Assembly: GCF_963921235.1 (NCBI RefSeq)
Contig: NC_086097.1
Location: 63,118,001 to 63,182,000, forward strand
Reading direction: 5' to 3'
Origin: Mobula hypostoma
Lineage: Eukaryota
DNA length: 64,000 bases
In this document: in pieces, positions 37,678 to 50,428 of the stretch
How the letters are laid out: each line of letters starts with the position of its first letter
How positions within the stretch are numbered: position 1 is the first letter of the stretch
The notes under the pieces: generated by a model
What the model was told of the DNA's origin: nothing
Seen by the model: only the letters and a program-made list of their open reading frames with translations
Database searches by the model: none
Program-made: the position numbers and the translations under genes

Positions 37678-39057
37678 TTTCCCAGTATATAAGAAGGGTG
37701 ACTGCACTGACCCAGGTAACTATAGACCTGTAAGCTTCACATGTGCTGTAGGTAAGATAATGGAAACAATAATAAAGAATGAGGTGGAAGAGCAGCTGGT
37801 AAGAACAGGCATGCTAGCAGAAAGCCAGCATGGATTCAGGAAAGGGAAATCACGTTTTACTAATATGCCGGAGTTCTATGAAGAGGCAACTAGAATTTAT
37901 CATAACAATAGAGCAGTTGATATAATTTACTTGGACTTTCAAAAGGTTTTTGACAAGGTGCCCCACAAGAGGTTAATAATCAAACTACAGGAGGTAGGGA
38001 TTCTGGATGAGATGTATTGAATGGGTGCAAATTGGTTCAAAACCTGAAGACAGTGAGTTATGGTGAAAGGATCATTTTCACACCTAGAAGATGTTAAAAG
38101 TGGAGTTCCACAGGTATCAGTTTCAGGGCCACTGCTGTTTTTAAACTTAAGTTAATGATTTGGATAAGTATATAACAAATAAACTAGTAAATTAGGGAAA
38201 TGGGTCAAAAACATTCAGGCAGCAGAATCAATACAGTTAGATTGAACAAAATCCAGTTGTGGGCAGATAAATAGCAGATGGAGTGTTAAGTAAATGTAAA
38301 GTTTTACATATAGGAAGTAGAAATATTAGATATAAATATACAATGGGCGGGGGGTCTTGAATTAGAAAGCGCACTGTATGAGAAGTATTTGGGTGTCCTG
38401 CTAGACTGATCACTATCAACATCTAGACAATTCATAGAAGTGATTAGGAAGGCCAATAAAATGTTGGGCTATATAATGCGCTTAGTTGAGTTCAAGTCTA
38501 GAGATGTGCCCCTTAAGCTGTAGAATGCACCTGTGAGGCCATACGTTGAGTACTGTGTTCAATTTTGGTCTCCATATAAGGTGAGTGATGTGAAGGCTCT
38601 GGAGAGAGTTCAGAGAAGAGCAGTTAGACTCATTTGAGGTCCGCAGGGTGTGAGCTATGAAGAAAGATTGAAAGAATTCAATCTTTTCAGCCTAAGTACA
38701 CTTAGAATGAGAGGAGACATGATAGAAGTGCTAAAAATCATTGAAGGTATAAGTAAAGTGGACGCCTGCTACTACTTCAAAACTAATCCATCATCTAGGA
38801 CATGGGGCCATAGGCGGAGACTGGTTAGAGAGAGATTTCAGATTAACATCAGGAAGCATTTCTTTACACAGTGAGTTGTGGACACATGGGACAAACTACC
38901 AAGCTGTGTGGTTGAGAGTAGTATCTTAGAGACTTCCAAATTCAAACTCGATACTTATTTTAGCACACTACGTGAATAGGAATTTAGCAAGCTTTGTTGG
39001 TTCGAATGGATTCTCCTTGTCAAAAACATTCGAAATGTTCTAAAGTTTCTAATGTTC
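37678..39057 (+). mobile_element. CR1-clade LINE, 5'-truncated, distinct older subfamily
   Basis: NYRPVSFTCAVGK, SQHGFRKGKS, YLDFQKVFDKVPH, SYEERLKEFNLFSL, RKHFFTQ. Confidence 0.9.
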
Positions 39058-39414
39058 TCTCAGGAGGCTGTAAGATTTGTCTCACTTCCTGTGACCACAT
39101 TTGCACCTCAGTGTCAAATCAACAGTATCACAATGAAATTTTCTTCTTCCAACTCTTTCCAATAGATTACAAAAAACATCGTTCAGTTTGTAGGTGATGT
39201 TTACATTAATTGGGTAACTGATGTCTTACCTTTCAAAACATGCTCACTCTCTACATTCCCACAGCGAGCCAAAAAAAAACCAAGATCGGGCTCTGCAAAA
39301 GGCGCTGGTTGAAGGATTCCTCCAGACTAGATTATTCCAGATAGAATTACAAAGCACATATAGCTGAAAGAATAGAATTGTATAGAAGCAGATACTTACA
39401 AAATAATACAAGCA

Positions 39415-39570
39415 GGCAACACAGTGGTGCAGTGGTTTGCAGTTCCAGAGGCCCAGATTCAAATCTGACCTTGAACAGCGTCTGTGTGAATTTTCTGCAT
39501 CCTTTCTGTGAGTCCGTTGGTTTCTGCCAGGAGCACTCGTATCCTCGACATGTCAAAGGCATGCCAGTAG
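39415..39570 (+). mobile_element. V-SINE 5' fragment
   Basis: cacagtggtgcagtggtt...gattcaaatc...tgtgtgaattttctgcatcct. Confidence 0.55.
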
Positions 39571-39889
39571 TAAAAATAAGGAAAAGTAAAGTGAAAAAAG
39601 TCAAAACAATAATTACATTGCAACTGTAAATAAACCATCATTAAAATTAAAATAATAATAGCAAAAACTACTGCTCAAATACAAAGGCAACCTTTTTTAT
39701 TGGCTACTGTAAATTGACCCTCACCTGAATGACAGAAGAAATAGGTGAGATTTGGGGTGGGGAGGCAGGATGGGAGGGAGGGAAATGGGTCGAGTACAGT
39801 CGGATGCTTGATATTCAGAAAGGACACAGTGGGTCAAAGTACCTGTTACCAAATTTTAAAGTCTCATAAAAAGTATGGATCCATGTACA

Positions 39890-42800
39890 ACAGGGAGATT
39901 AGCGGGGGCTACTGAGGTGACTTTAAGCTAGAATGGTTGGGGGGTGGGAATCAAATTAAAGAGGCTAGGCATGAGGAGGTTAGTTCACAACAGAGGGATG
40001 GGAACCAGTGCAGAGAGACAGAGGGGTGTAAAGTGAGCGTAGAAGCAAAAAGTACAAAGGAGAAAAGTAAAAGTGGCAGGCCGACAAATCCAGGGCAAGC
40101 ATTAAAAAGGGCCACTTTTCAACATAATTGTATAAGGGCTAAGAGAGTTGTAAAAGAGCACCTGATGGCTTTATGTGTCAATGCAAGGAGCATTCGTAAT
40201 AAGGTGGATGAATTGAAAGTGCAGATTGTTATTAATGATTATGATATAGTTGGGATCACAGAGACATGGCTCCAGGGTGACCAGGGATGGGAGCTCAACG
40301 TTCAGGGATATTCAATATTCAGGAGGGTTAGACATGAAGGAAGGGGAGGTGGGGTGGCGTTGCTGGTTAAAGAAGAGATTAACGCAATAGAAAGGAAGGA
40401 CATAAGCCAGGAAGATGTGGAATCGATATGGGTAGAGCTGCGTAACACTAAGGGGCAGAAGACGCTGGTGGGAGTTGTGTACAGGCCACCTAACAGTAGT
40501 AGTGAGGTCGGAGATGGTATTAAACAGGAAATTAGAAATGTGTGCAATAAAGGAACAGCAGTTATAATGGGTGACTTCAATCTACATGTAGACTGGGTGA
40601 ACCAAATTGGTAAAGGTGCTGAGGAAGAGGATTTCTTGGAATGTATGCGGGATGGTTTTTTGAACCAACATGTCGAGGAACCAACTAGAGAGCAGGCTAT
40701 TCTGGATTGGGTTTTGAGCAATGAGGAAGGGTTAATTAGCGATCTTGTCGTGAGAGGCCCCTTGGGTAAGAGTGACCATAATATGGTGGAATTCTTCATT
40801 AATATGGAGAGTGACATAGTTAATTCAGAAACAAAGGTTCTGAACTTAAAGAGGGGTAACTTTGAAGGTATGAGACATGAATTAGCTAAGATAGACTGGC
40901 AAATGACACTTAAAGGATTGACGGTGGATATGCAATGGCAAGCATTAAAGGTTGCATGGATGAACTACAACAATTGTTCATCCCAGTTTGGCAAAAGAAT
41001 AAATCAAGGAAGGTAGTGCACCCGTGGCTGACAAGAGAAATTAGGGATAGTATCAATTCCAAAGAAGTAGCATACAAATTAGCCAGAGAAAGTGGCTCAC
41101 CTGAGGACTGGGAGAAATTCAGAGTTCAGCAGAGGAGGACAAAGGGCTTAATTAGGAAGGGGAAAAAAGATTATGAGAGAAAACTGGCGGGGAACATAAA
41201 AACGGACTGTAAAAGCTTTTATAGATATGTAAAAAGGAAAAGACTGGTAAAGACAAATGTAGGTCCCCTGCAGACAGAAACAGGTGAATTGATTATGGGG
41301 AGCAAGGACATGGCAAACCAATTGAATAATTACTTTGGTTCTGTCTTCACTAAGGAGGACATAAATAATCTTCCAGAAATAGTAAGGGACAGAGGGTCCA
41401 GTGAGATGGAGGAACTGAGTGAAATACATGTTAGTAGGGAAGTGGTGTTAGGTAAATTGAAGGGATTGAAGGCAGATAAATCCCCAGGGCCAGATGGTCT
41501 GCATCCTAGAGTGCGAAATAGTGGATGCATTAGTGTTAATTTTTCAAAACTCGTTAGATTCTGGACTAGTTCCTGAGGATTGGAGGGTGGCTAATGTAAC
41601 CCCACTTTTTAAAAAAGGAGGGAGAGAGAAACCGGGGAATTATAGACTGGTTAGCCTAACATCGGTGGTGGGGAAACTGCTGGAGTCAGTTATCAAGGAT
41701 GTGATAACAGCACATTTGGAAAGCGGTGAAATGATCGAACAAAGTCAGCATGGATTTGTGAAAGGAAAATCATGTCTGACGAATCTCATAGAATTTTTTG
41801 AGGATGTAACTAGTAGAGTGGATAGGGGAGAACCAGTGGATGTGGTATATTTGGATTTTCAAAAGGCTTTTGACAAGGTCCCACACAGGAGATTAGTGTG
41901 CAAACTTAAAGCGCACGGTATTGGGGGTAAGGTATTGGTGTGGGTGGAGAATTGGTTAGCAGACAGGAAGCAAAGAGTGGGAATAAACGGGACCTTTTCA
42001 GAATGGCAGGCGGTGACTAGTGGGGTACCGCAAGGCTCAGTGCTGGGACCCCAGTTGTTTACAATATATATTAATGACTTGGATGAGGGAATTCAATGCA
42101 GCATCTCCAAGTTTGCGGATGACACGAAGCTGGGTGGCAGTGTTAGCAGTGAGGAGGATGCTAAGAGGATGCAGGGTGACTTGGATAGGTTGGGTGAGTG
42201 GGCAAACTCATGGCAGATGCAATTTAATGTGGATAAATGTGAAGTTATCCACTTTAGTGGCAAAAATAGGAAAACAGATTATTATCTGAATGGTGGCCGA
42301 TTAGGAAAAGGGGAGGTGCAACAAGACCTGGGTGTCATTATACACCAGTCATTGAAAGTGGGCATGCAGGTACAGCAGGCGGTGAAAAAGGCGAATGGTA
42401 TGCTGGCATTTATAGCGAGAGGATTTGAGTACAGGAGCAGGGAGGTACTACTGCAGTTGTACAAGGCCTTGGTGAGACCACACCTGGAGTATTGTGTGCA
42501 GTTTTGGTCCCCTAATCTGAGGAAAGACATCTTTGCCATAGAGGGAGTACAAAGAAGGTTCACCAGATTGATTCCTGGGATGGCAGGACTTTCATATGAA
42601 GAAAGACTGGATGAACTGGGCTTGTACTCGTTGGAATTTAGAAGATTGAGGGGGGATCTGATTGAAATGTATAAGATCCTGAAGGGATTGGACAGGCTAG
42701 ATGCAGGAAGATTGTTCCCGATGTTGGGGAAGTCCAGAACAAGGGGTCACAGTTCGAGGATAGAGGGGAAGCCTTTTAGGACCGAGATTAGGAAAAACTT

Positions 42801-43050
42801 CTTCACACAGAGAGTGGTGAATCTGTGGAATTCTCTGCCACAGCAAACTGTTGAGGCCAGTTCATTGGCTATATTTAAGAGGGAGTTAGATATGGCCCTT
42901 GTGGTTACGGGGGTCAGGGGGTATGGAGGGAAGGCTGGGGCGGGGTTCTGAGTTGGATGATCAGCCATGATCATAATAAATGGCGGTGCAGGCTCGAAGG
43001 GCCGAATGGCCTACTCCTGCACCTATTTTCTATGTTTCTATGTTTCTATG
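39890..43050 (+). mobile_element. CR1-clade LINE with a near-complete ORF2 (APE endonuclease plus RT), two frameshifts
   Basis: [60 protein letters not shown]; ORFs 39937-41016, 40935-41576 and 41494-42951; TTCTATGT tail. Confidence 0.97.
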
Positions 43051-43609
43051 ACTGCTTTCTATTCATTCTTGTCACACTTGAATGAAAGCAAGCAATTTAG
43101 ACATGTTTCTTGCGCATGCAAGGTACCCTGCTCCAACAATTTAGCTTTAACAAGCTTAAAATGCATTCAATTAAAGAATTTTTTAAAAATGTGGGTGCTA
43201 GAATTCTGAAAAAAAAGGAACGTTGAACAGATTCAGAAGATCAGGCAACATTTGTTAAATGAAGAAACAATGTTAACATCTCAGTCTGACAAGGCATCGT
43301 TGACCTGAAAGCTTAACTTTTATTTTTCCACAGATATTTCTCATCCGCTGAGTGTTCCTTGTGCTTTCCAGTTTTGACCCAGGCAATATACAGTATTTCA
43401 GACTGTGATTTCAAGAAATACCAGGCTGTCAATTTAGCCAGATCAATGTTAATCTTTCGACTTTGAAGGAGCCGGCCAGTTAAAATAATTAAATTAAAAG
43501 ACCGATAATTAAAATAATTATTATTTCTATTATCTCTATGGATGTGTATGCACATGAATAGTAATCTGTTCCATTGTGCTTTTTAGGTCAGGCTGTGTTT
43601 TCTAGGTTA

Positions 43610-45135
43610 GGCTTGAAACAATTTATTTCAAAATCTCTGTCCAACCAGTCAAAAAGGAAGAGAAAAGGAAAGCGTATATAAGGGTTAGGAAGCTAAAAAT
43701 AGACAAGGTCCTTGAGGAATACAAAAGGAAGCAGAAAGAACTCAAACAAGAAATTAGGAGGGCTTAAAGGGGCCATGAAATGTCTTTGGCAAGTGGGATT
43801 AAGGAGAATCTCAAATTATTTTGTATGTACATTAGAAGCGAGAGGTTACCTAGGATAAGGTAGATCCACTCAAGGACAAAAGAGAGAATGTATTGATGGA
43901 GCCAGAGGAAGTAGGTGAGAATTTGCACCAGTATTCACCAATGACAAGGATATGGTGACACAAGGAAGGATTTTTGATTCTTGGACATGATGATATTAAG
44001 AAGGAGGTGGTGTTGGGTACCTTGAACATTAAGGCGGATAAGTCCCCCAGAACCGAAGGGATGCATCCTAGGATACTGAGGGAAACAATGGAGGAGATTG
44101 CTGGAGCCCTGACGGAGAACTTTGCATTCTCTTTAGCCATGAACAGCTTGCCAGAAGGCTGAAGGATCACCTTCATTTCAGAAAGGAAAAAGGGATAAAC
44201 CATGGAATTACAGGCCCATGAGCCTTACCTAAATGGTAGAGAAATTAGTGGAGAAGATTCTCAAGGACAGGATTTGTTCGTATTGGGAAAGCATGGAAGT
44301 AGTAAGGACAGTCAACTTTGTATGAGGGGTCCTGTGTCAAATTTGATTGAGTTTTTTGAGGAAGTCCTGAAGATGATTGATGAGGTTAGAGCAGTAAAAG
44401 CTGTCCACAAGGCCATCAGTAAAACATTCGAGAGGGACATTGTAGACTGATCCAAAATATTAAGTCACATGAGATCAACGGTGAGTGAGTAAATTATATC
44501 TAAAATTGGCTTGTTTATAGAAGACAGAGTGTGGTGTTAGAGAAGTGTTTTCTGACAGGTGGTGTTCTGCAAAGATCATTTCTGGGACCACTGTTTTTTG
44601 TTATGCATAGGTACTCTGATTAGTAAGTTTACACGTGACATGAAAATTGGTATAGTTAGGAATAACAAGGAAAGTTGTCAAATGATATAGTAAGACACAG
44701 ATCATTTAAAACTTGGGCAGATCAACAGCAGTTAGAGTTTCATCTTGTCAAGTGTGAAGTGATGCATTTTGAGAGATCAAGAGCAAGGGAAAAATCAGGA
44801 CCTTAAGAGCAATGATGTACAGAGGGATCTTAGGGTGCAAGCTCCCTGAAAATTGGCAACAAAAGTGGATAGGGTGGTAAAGAAGGTGTATGGAATGCCT
44901 GCCTTCCTCATTTGAGATATTGTGTAGTCATGATGCAGGTGATAAAACCTTACTTCAGACAAACGTGGAGCTCTATAGAAAGGTTGTGGAGGTGTTGGAG
45001 AGGCTGCAGAAGTTGTTCACCAAGACACTGTCTGGATTGGAGTGTATAAGAAGGAGGTTGGACAAAATGGGATTGCTTTCTCTGAAGCGTCCAAGACTGA
45101 TGCGTGACATGATCAAAATTCCTAACATTCTGAGA
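43610..45135 (+). mobile_element. Old CR1 LINE, heavily decayed
   Basis: IKADKSPRTEGMHPRILRE..EEIAGAL, NLIEFFEEV, VLERLQKLFTKTLSGL. Confidence 0.85.
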
Positions 45136-46545
45136 GTCATTAAGGCAGCTCACGCTGCTCTTCTCAGGAACTGTTATCATTGACGCTCTTCTGAAGCAGG
45201 TGGGAAGTTCTGACTGTATCAGTGAGAGAATGAAACTGTCTTTGATCACACCCGTCAGTTGGTTGGCGCAGGTTTTCAGAGCCCTATCAGGTACACCTTT
45301 GAGGCCTGTGGCCTTGCAAGGATTCACCCTCTTGAAAGACATCCTGACATTGGCTTCTGAGACCAAGGTCACATGGTCACCAAGTGCTGCAGGGATCCTC
45401 ATAGCTATAGTTTTATTCTTCCTTTCAAAATGTGCATCAAAGATGTTGAGTTCATTTGGGAGTGAAGCATCACTACCAGTCATCATGATGTTAGGTTTTG
45501 TTTTGTAGGATGTAATGGCCTGCAAACCCTGAACATCCATTCCTGCCTCTAACCTCAATTATAATTGTTCCTTTGCTCTTGAGATGGCCCTCTGTAAGTC
45601 AAACCTGGTCTTTTTCTACAGTCATGGATCACCAGACTTGAATGGTATAGATCTAACCCTCAGCAGAATACGAATCTCTTAGCTCATCCACAGCTTTTGA
45701 TTCAACTATGCATGGTGTGTTCTCATAGGCACACACTCATCCACACAGATTTTAATGAAGTCAGTGACAACTGTGGTGTATTGATTCAGGCTCGAAAATT
45801 AATCCAGTGCACCGACTCAGAGCAGTCCAGTAAATGATCCTCTGCCTCCCTTGTCCACACTTTCCTGGTCCTCACTACTGGTGCTGTGGTCTCCAGTCTC
45901 TGCCGATACTCAGTGAGTAGAAGTACAGCCAGGTGATCAGACTTTCCAAAGTGCAGGCATGGGATGGCATGGTAAGCACTCTTGATGGCAGTATAACAGT
46001 GGTCAATTGCGTTGGCTCCTCAGGTTCCACAAGTGATATTTTGGTGATAATTATTTAGAGACTTTTTCAAGCTGGCTTAGTTAAAATACCCACAAATGAC
46101 GGGAAAGGCATGAGGGTGCACAGTTGTACGCTTGTTGATTACATTGCTCAGTTTGTCTCAAGCCTGTTTGACATGGGCCTGAGGTGGACTGTGCGCCCCT
46201 ACCAAAATGATGGCTGAAAACTCCCACGGCAGATAAAACGGGCAACACCTGATCACTAAGTGTTACAGATTTGGTGAGCAGGACTGGGACAGAATCACAA
46301 GGAGTTAATCATAAAGCATACTCCACCTCCTCTGCCTTTGAAGGATTCAGCAGTCCTGTCTTGACAGTGAATTGTGAAAGCAGCAAGCTATGTCAGAATG
46401 GTGGGGGATAGCCAAGTCTCCATGAAACAAAAAACACAACAGTCCCTGATGTCCCTCTGGTACAGCAATCCGAGGTTTTGAATTTTACTTTCCAGGCACT
46501 GTACATTCCCCAGCAGAATAAATAACAGTGGAAGTCTGAACCCTC
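45136..46545 (-). mobile_element. Rex1/Babar-type LINE 5' half (endonuclease to RT start), decayed
   Basis: ORF 44950..45558(-) DASLPNELNIF...KATGLKGVPDRALKTCANQL...PTCFRR; minus-strand LLGNVQCLESK and CFMETWL near 46410-46520. Confidence 0.85.
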
Positions 46546-47471
46546 TCCTCCTTAAATGAACTTTTAATCCAGTGTGGTTAAATCACATTAAGAAAATTTA
46601 TCACCACAGATTCGTTTCCCCCATTATCATTGACTTTCTGAAGCTCTTGAACCAGCAAAGAGGGTGTCTGCACATACAAGGCTTCTACAACCCTTCAATC
46701 ACTTAACAGCTTCAAGTTTCATGTGCACACATGCTTTCAGATGTTAACATTTCTCCTTTTTCTGCTGATATTCTATACAGTGGGACTTCATTGTTTTCAA
46801 CACCATGTATGAACTGCTGTTTCTTAGTACTATCCTACCTTCCTTCCCACCCTCATTAAAATCAAACCATTCAATCATGTCCTGATTGTGTTCTATCAAT
46901 TCAATGAACCATTTTAAATAGTTTATGTTCATTAAGATGCAAAAATATAAGTTTTATTGGCAAACTTGTTTTGTTTAGGAAGATAAATATTGTACATTCT
47001 TATTTCTCTGAACATTAAGCTTTCAAATGTCTTAAGTATGTTTTCTGGTAATAAGTAATCTTGAAAAGCTTTATTAGCACATCATGTTTTTGCTTGTACT
47101 AAGTAGTTTTCAAATGATTAGAATTGATTTCTTCTCAGAACTCACAGGGGCCATTTTTTCCTTTAGCGTCCCTGTGATACAATAATTTACACCAACAGCA
47201 AGGGCCTTTCTGCATGCACTGGGACAAGCATTCAAATGGCAACAGTACTGAAGTAATGATAAAACAGATGATTTCTAACAACACAGTTCAGAATGTCCAA
47301 CGCCCAGCTGCAACTCGACAGTGAAACGTTCCTAATTTCTGATTTTAGCACAGAGATTTTTAAATCATTTTCATCCAAGGGCAATATTTCCTAATAAAAT
47401 ATATGCTCTTGAGGAAACAAGAAGTTAAGTTTTAGCAAAGACAAGACTCGTTCTGTCACAAGAGAATCATG

Positions 47472-47603
47472 TACAAGAGAAAATCTGCAGATGCTGGAAA
47501 TCCAAGCAACACACACAAAATGCTGCAGGAACTCAGGAGGCCAGGCAGCATCTATGGAAAAAACTACAGTCGACATTTTGGGCCGAGACCTATCAGCAGG
47601 ACT
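47472..47603 (-). mobile_element. PLE terminal fragment with a decayed hammerhead
   Basis: Homologous to 49035-49166; core mutated to CTGCTGA...AAAAT. Confidence 0.8.
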
Positions 47604-48976
47604 TCTGTGAATCATTCTAATAGTACTTGACCAAACCTGGACCTTAATTCTCCCACTCCCTTCACTATTCTCATGGTTGCACTTGCCTTGAGGATCCAAA
47701 TGTCCTCAAGAATTTGCAGCCATGACTGTCTTGTGAAGTAAGCAGCAAGCCAGATCATCTATTGACAGATCTATTATTCAAAATTGTTCAAGCTCTGACA
47801 CGGCTTTGACTACTGAGTCCAGCAGCAGAGTGCTTCCTCAAGTGAATCAACACCTGTCTTCCAGCAACATAGTGGGTTGTAAACCAGGAACCAGCTGGTT
47901 TCCAGGTTCTCCAAATCACCTTTAAGTGAGAAGTATGATCCAGCTTTGTGTAAGATTTCTTCGAAGACTCTTCAGAACATATATTCAATATATTGACTGC
48001 TCACGAAAATGACCAGGATTACAATCATTTATATATGGGATCATAGCAGCATAAATGACAACTTAGCCCACTGAGACCACTCTGTTCCCTTCGTAAACCA
48101 ATGCAAGTCCCATTTCCCTTTGTTTACCTTCAGGCCTAAAAATTATCTTTTATTTTGGTGCGTATCCAATTAGCTGCTTAAACTCCTAATTGGCTCTGCT
48201 TCCACCAGCCTAGTGGGTGAGGTGATAAAAATCAATCCCTGCCAGAAAATGGTTTTTTCTCAATTTCTCCCCAAATCCATTGTCCATCACTTTAAATCAT
48301 GTGTCCTTGTGTCACTTAATTACCTGATTATGGGTATTTATATTTTCTAAAGACACAATATCCTATAATTTTCTATCCAATTCCCTTCAACATTTTTTAC
48401 TCTGAAATGAACAGTTTCTGTAACCTTTGATTTTCCTTTTGAAAACCTGTGATTTTCCTCACCACCGGATTATTCTAGTAAATTTCTTCTGCATCCTTGC
48501 TAAGATATTAATTTATTTCCAGAATGAATGTGATAGTCTATTTGTAATCACGCTAGTGCTTCAGCCTAACTTTTCGAAAGTGTAGCTTGAGATAATTTGC
48601 ACAACAGTTTGAGAGAACAGCACTAAATAGAAATACTTGACTTTTTTTAAATAAAAGTTCAAGAAAATTTACAAGTTACTTAATAATCATAAAACTTTCA
48701 CTAGAAAAAGGAAACAGCAAATTACCAAGTCTTTAGATTCCAATCAAAATATGCCAAGGCAGCTGAAAATGGACAATGTTTGAGATTCATACAGAGATGT
48801 ATTTATTCTTTCTGGATTAATTTTACTTCTGAATGTAGTCAAGTTTGGGAAGGCCTCAATAAAGGAAAAGTCTGGGATCCTAATAATTCAAATGTTAGGG
48901 TGTCATACAAGTTGTGCATGTTGAGGAAATTGGATATAGAAGAAAATCATGCCATAGCAACAACATATTTTAAATT

Positions 48977-48997
48977 AATTAATTAATTAATTAATTA
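48977..48997. repeat. (TTAA)n palindromic microsatellite
   Basis: aattaattaattaattaattaatt. Confidence 0.9.
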
Positions 48998-49029
48998 TTG
49001 GGCTCTAGGAAAGCTTGCAAGGCTAATAC

Positions 49030-49862
49030 CTCAAACAACAGGAATGCTGCAGATGCTGGAAATTCAAGCAACACACATCAAAGTTGCTGGTGAACGCAGC
49101 AGGCCAGGCAGCATCTCTAGGAAGAGGTGCAGTCGACGTTTCAGGCCGAGACCCTTCATCAGGACTAACTGAAGGAAGAGTGAGTAAGGGATTTGAAAGT
49201 TGGAGGGGGAGGGGGAGATCCAAAATGATAGGAGAAGACAGGAGGGGGAGGGATGGAGCCAAGAGCTGGACAGGTGATAGACAAAAGGGATACGAGAGGA
49301 TCATGGGACAGGAGGTCCGGGAAGAAAGACAAGGGGGGGGGAACCAGAGGATGGGCAAGGGGTATATTCAGAGGGACAGAGGGAGAAAAAGGAGAGTGAG
49401 AGAAAGAATGTGTGTATAAAAATAAGTAACAGATGGGGTACGAGGGGGAGGTGGGGCTTTAGCGGAAGTTAGAGAAGTCGATGTTCATGCCATCAGGTTG
49501 GAGGCTACCCAGACGGAATATAAGGTGTTGTTCCTCTAACCTGAGTGTGGCTTCATCTCCACAGCAGAGGAGGCCGTGGATAGACACGTCAGAATGGGAA
49601 TGGGACGTGGAACTAAAATGTGTGGCCACTGGGAGATCCTGCTCTCTCTGGCGGACAGAGCGTAGATGTTCAGCAAAGCAGTCTCCCAGTCTGCGTCGGG
49701 TCTCGCCAATATATAAAAGGCCACATCGGGAGCACCGGACGCAATATATCACCCCAGCCGACTCACAGGTGAAGTGTTGCCTCACCTGGAAGGACTGTTT
49801 GGGGCCCTGAATGGTGGTAAGGGAGGAAGTGTAAGGGCATGTGTAGCACTTGTTCCGCAAAC
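49030..49862 (-). mobile_element. Young Penelope-like element 3' portion: GIY-YIG endonuclease plus pLTR
   Basis: ORF 49459..49869(-) C..C...FTCESAGVIYCVRCSRCGLLYIGETRRRL..CFAEH...PVATHF...LEEQHLIFRLGSLQPDGMN. Confidence 0.93.
49131..49166 (-). ncRNA. Minimal type I hammerhead ribozyme in the PLE pLTR
   Basis: agtc-CTGATGA-aggGTCTCGGcct-GAAACGTC-gact: stem I agtc/gact, stem II agg/cct, palindromic ACGT in place of helix III, GUC cleavage triplet. Confidence 0.8.
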
Positions 49863-49869
49863 TTTGCAA

Positions 49870-50428
49870 TAAACTCTATCACTGTTAAGGCAGGGGGAAG
49901 ATGGGGTGAGTGTGGATGTTCAGGAAGTAGAGAAGACGCCAGTGAAGGCAGCATCAATGGCGGATGAAGAGAAATCTTGGTTCTTCAGTGAAGGAGGACA
50001 TCTCTGGTGTCCTGGAAAGCAAAGCTGCATCCTTGGAAGAGTTGCAATGGAGCGAAAGGACTAAGAAAAGCGTTTTTACAGGAGACGAGGTAAGACGCGG
50101 TATAGTCAAAATAGCTGTGGGTATTGATAGATTTATTATAAACCTGATTTATTATAAATGATGTTGGTCAACAGTTTGTCTCCAGAGACAGAGACAGAGA
50201 GATTGAGAAAGAGGAGGGAGGTGTCAGAAATGGACCGTGAAGTTAACGGCAGGGTGGAGGTTGGTGGCAAAGTTGATGAAATTACAGAGTTCAATATGAG
50301 TGCACGAAGCAGCACCAATACAGTCATCAGTGCAGCAGGAGGAGATTTGGGAGCATTACAGAGGAAGGCTTGGGACATGGACTGTTCTACGTAGCCAACA
50401 AAAAAGCAAGCATAGCCAGGGCCCATGG
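49870..50428 (-). mobile_element. Older Penelope RT fragment
   Basis: MGPGYACFFVGYVEQSM, decayed catalytic motif CTDDCIGA, SISDTSLLFLNLSVSVSGDKL. Confidence 0.8.

Noticed and set aside
40302..40817. 171-aa minus-strand ORF (and similar antisense ORFs inside LINEs)
   Set aside because: Antisense shadow of the CR1 ORF2
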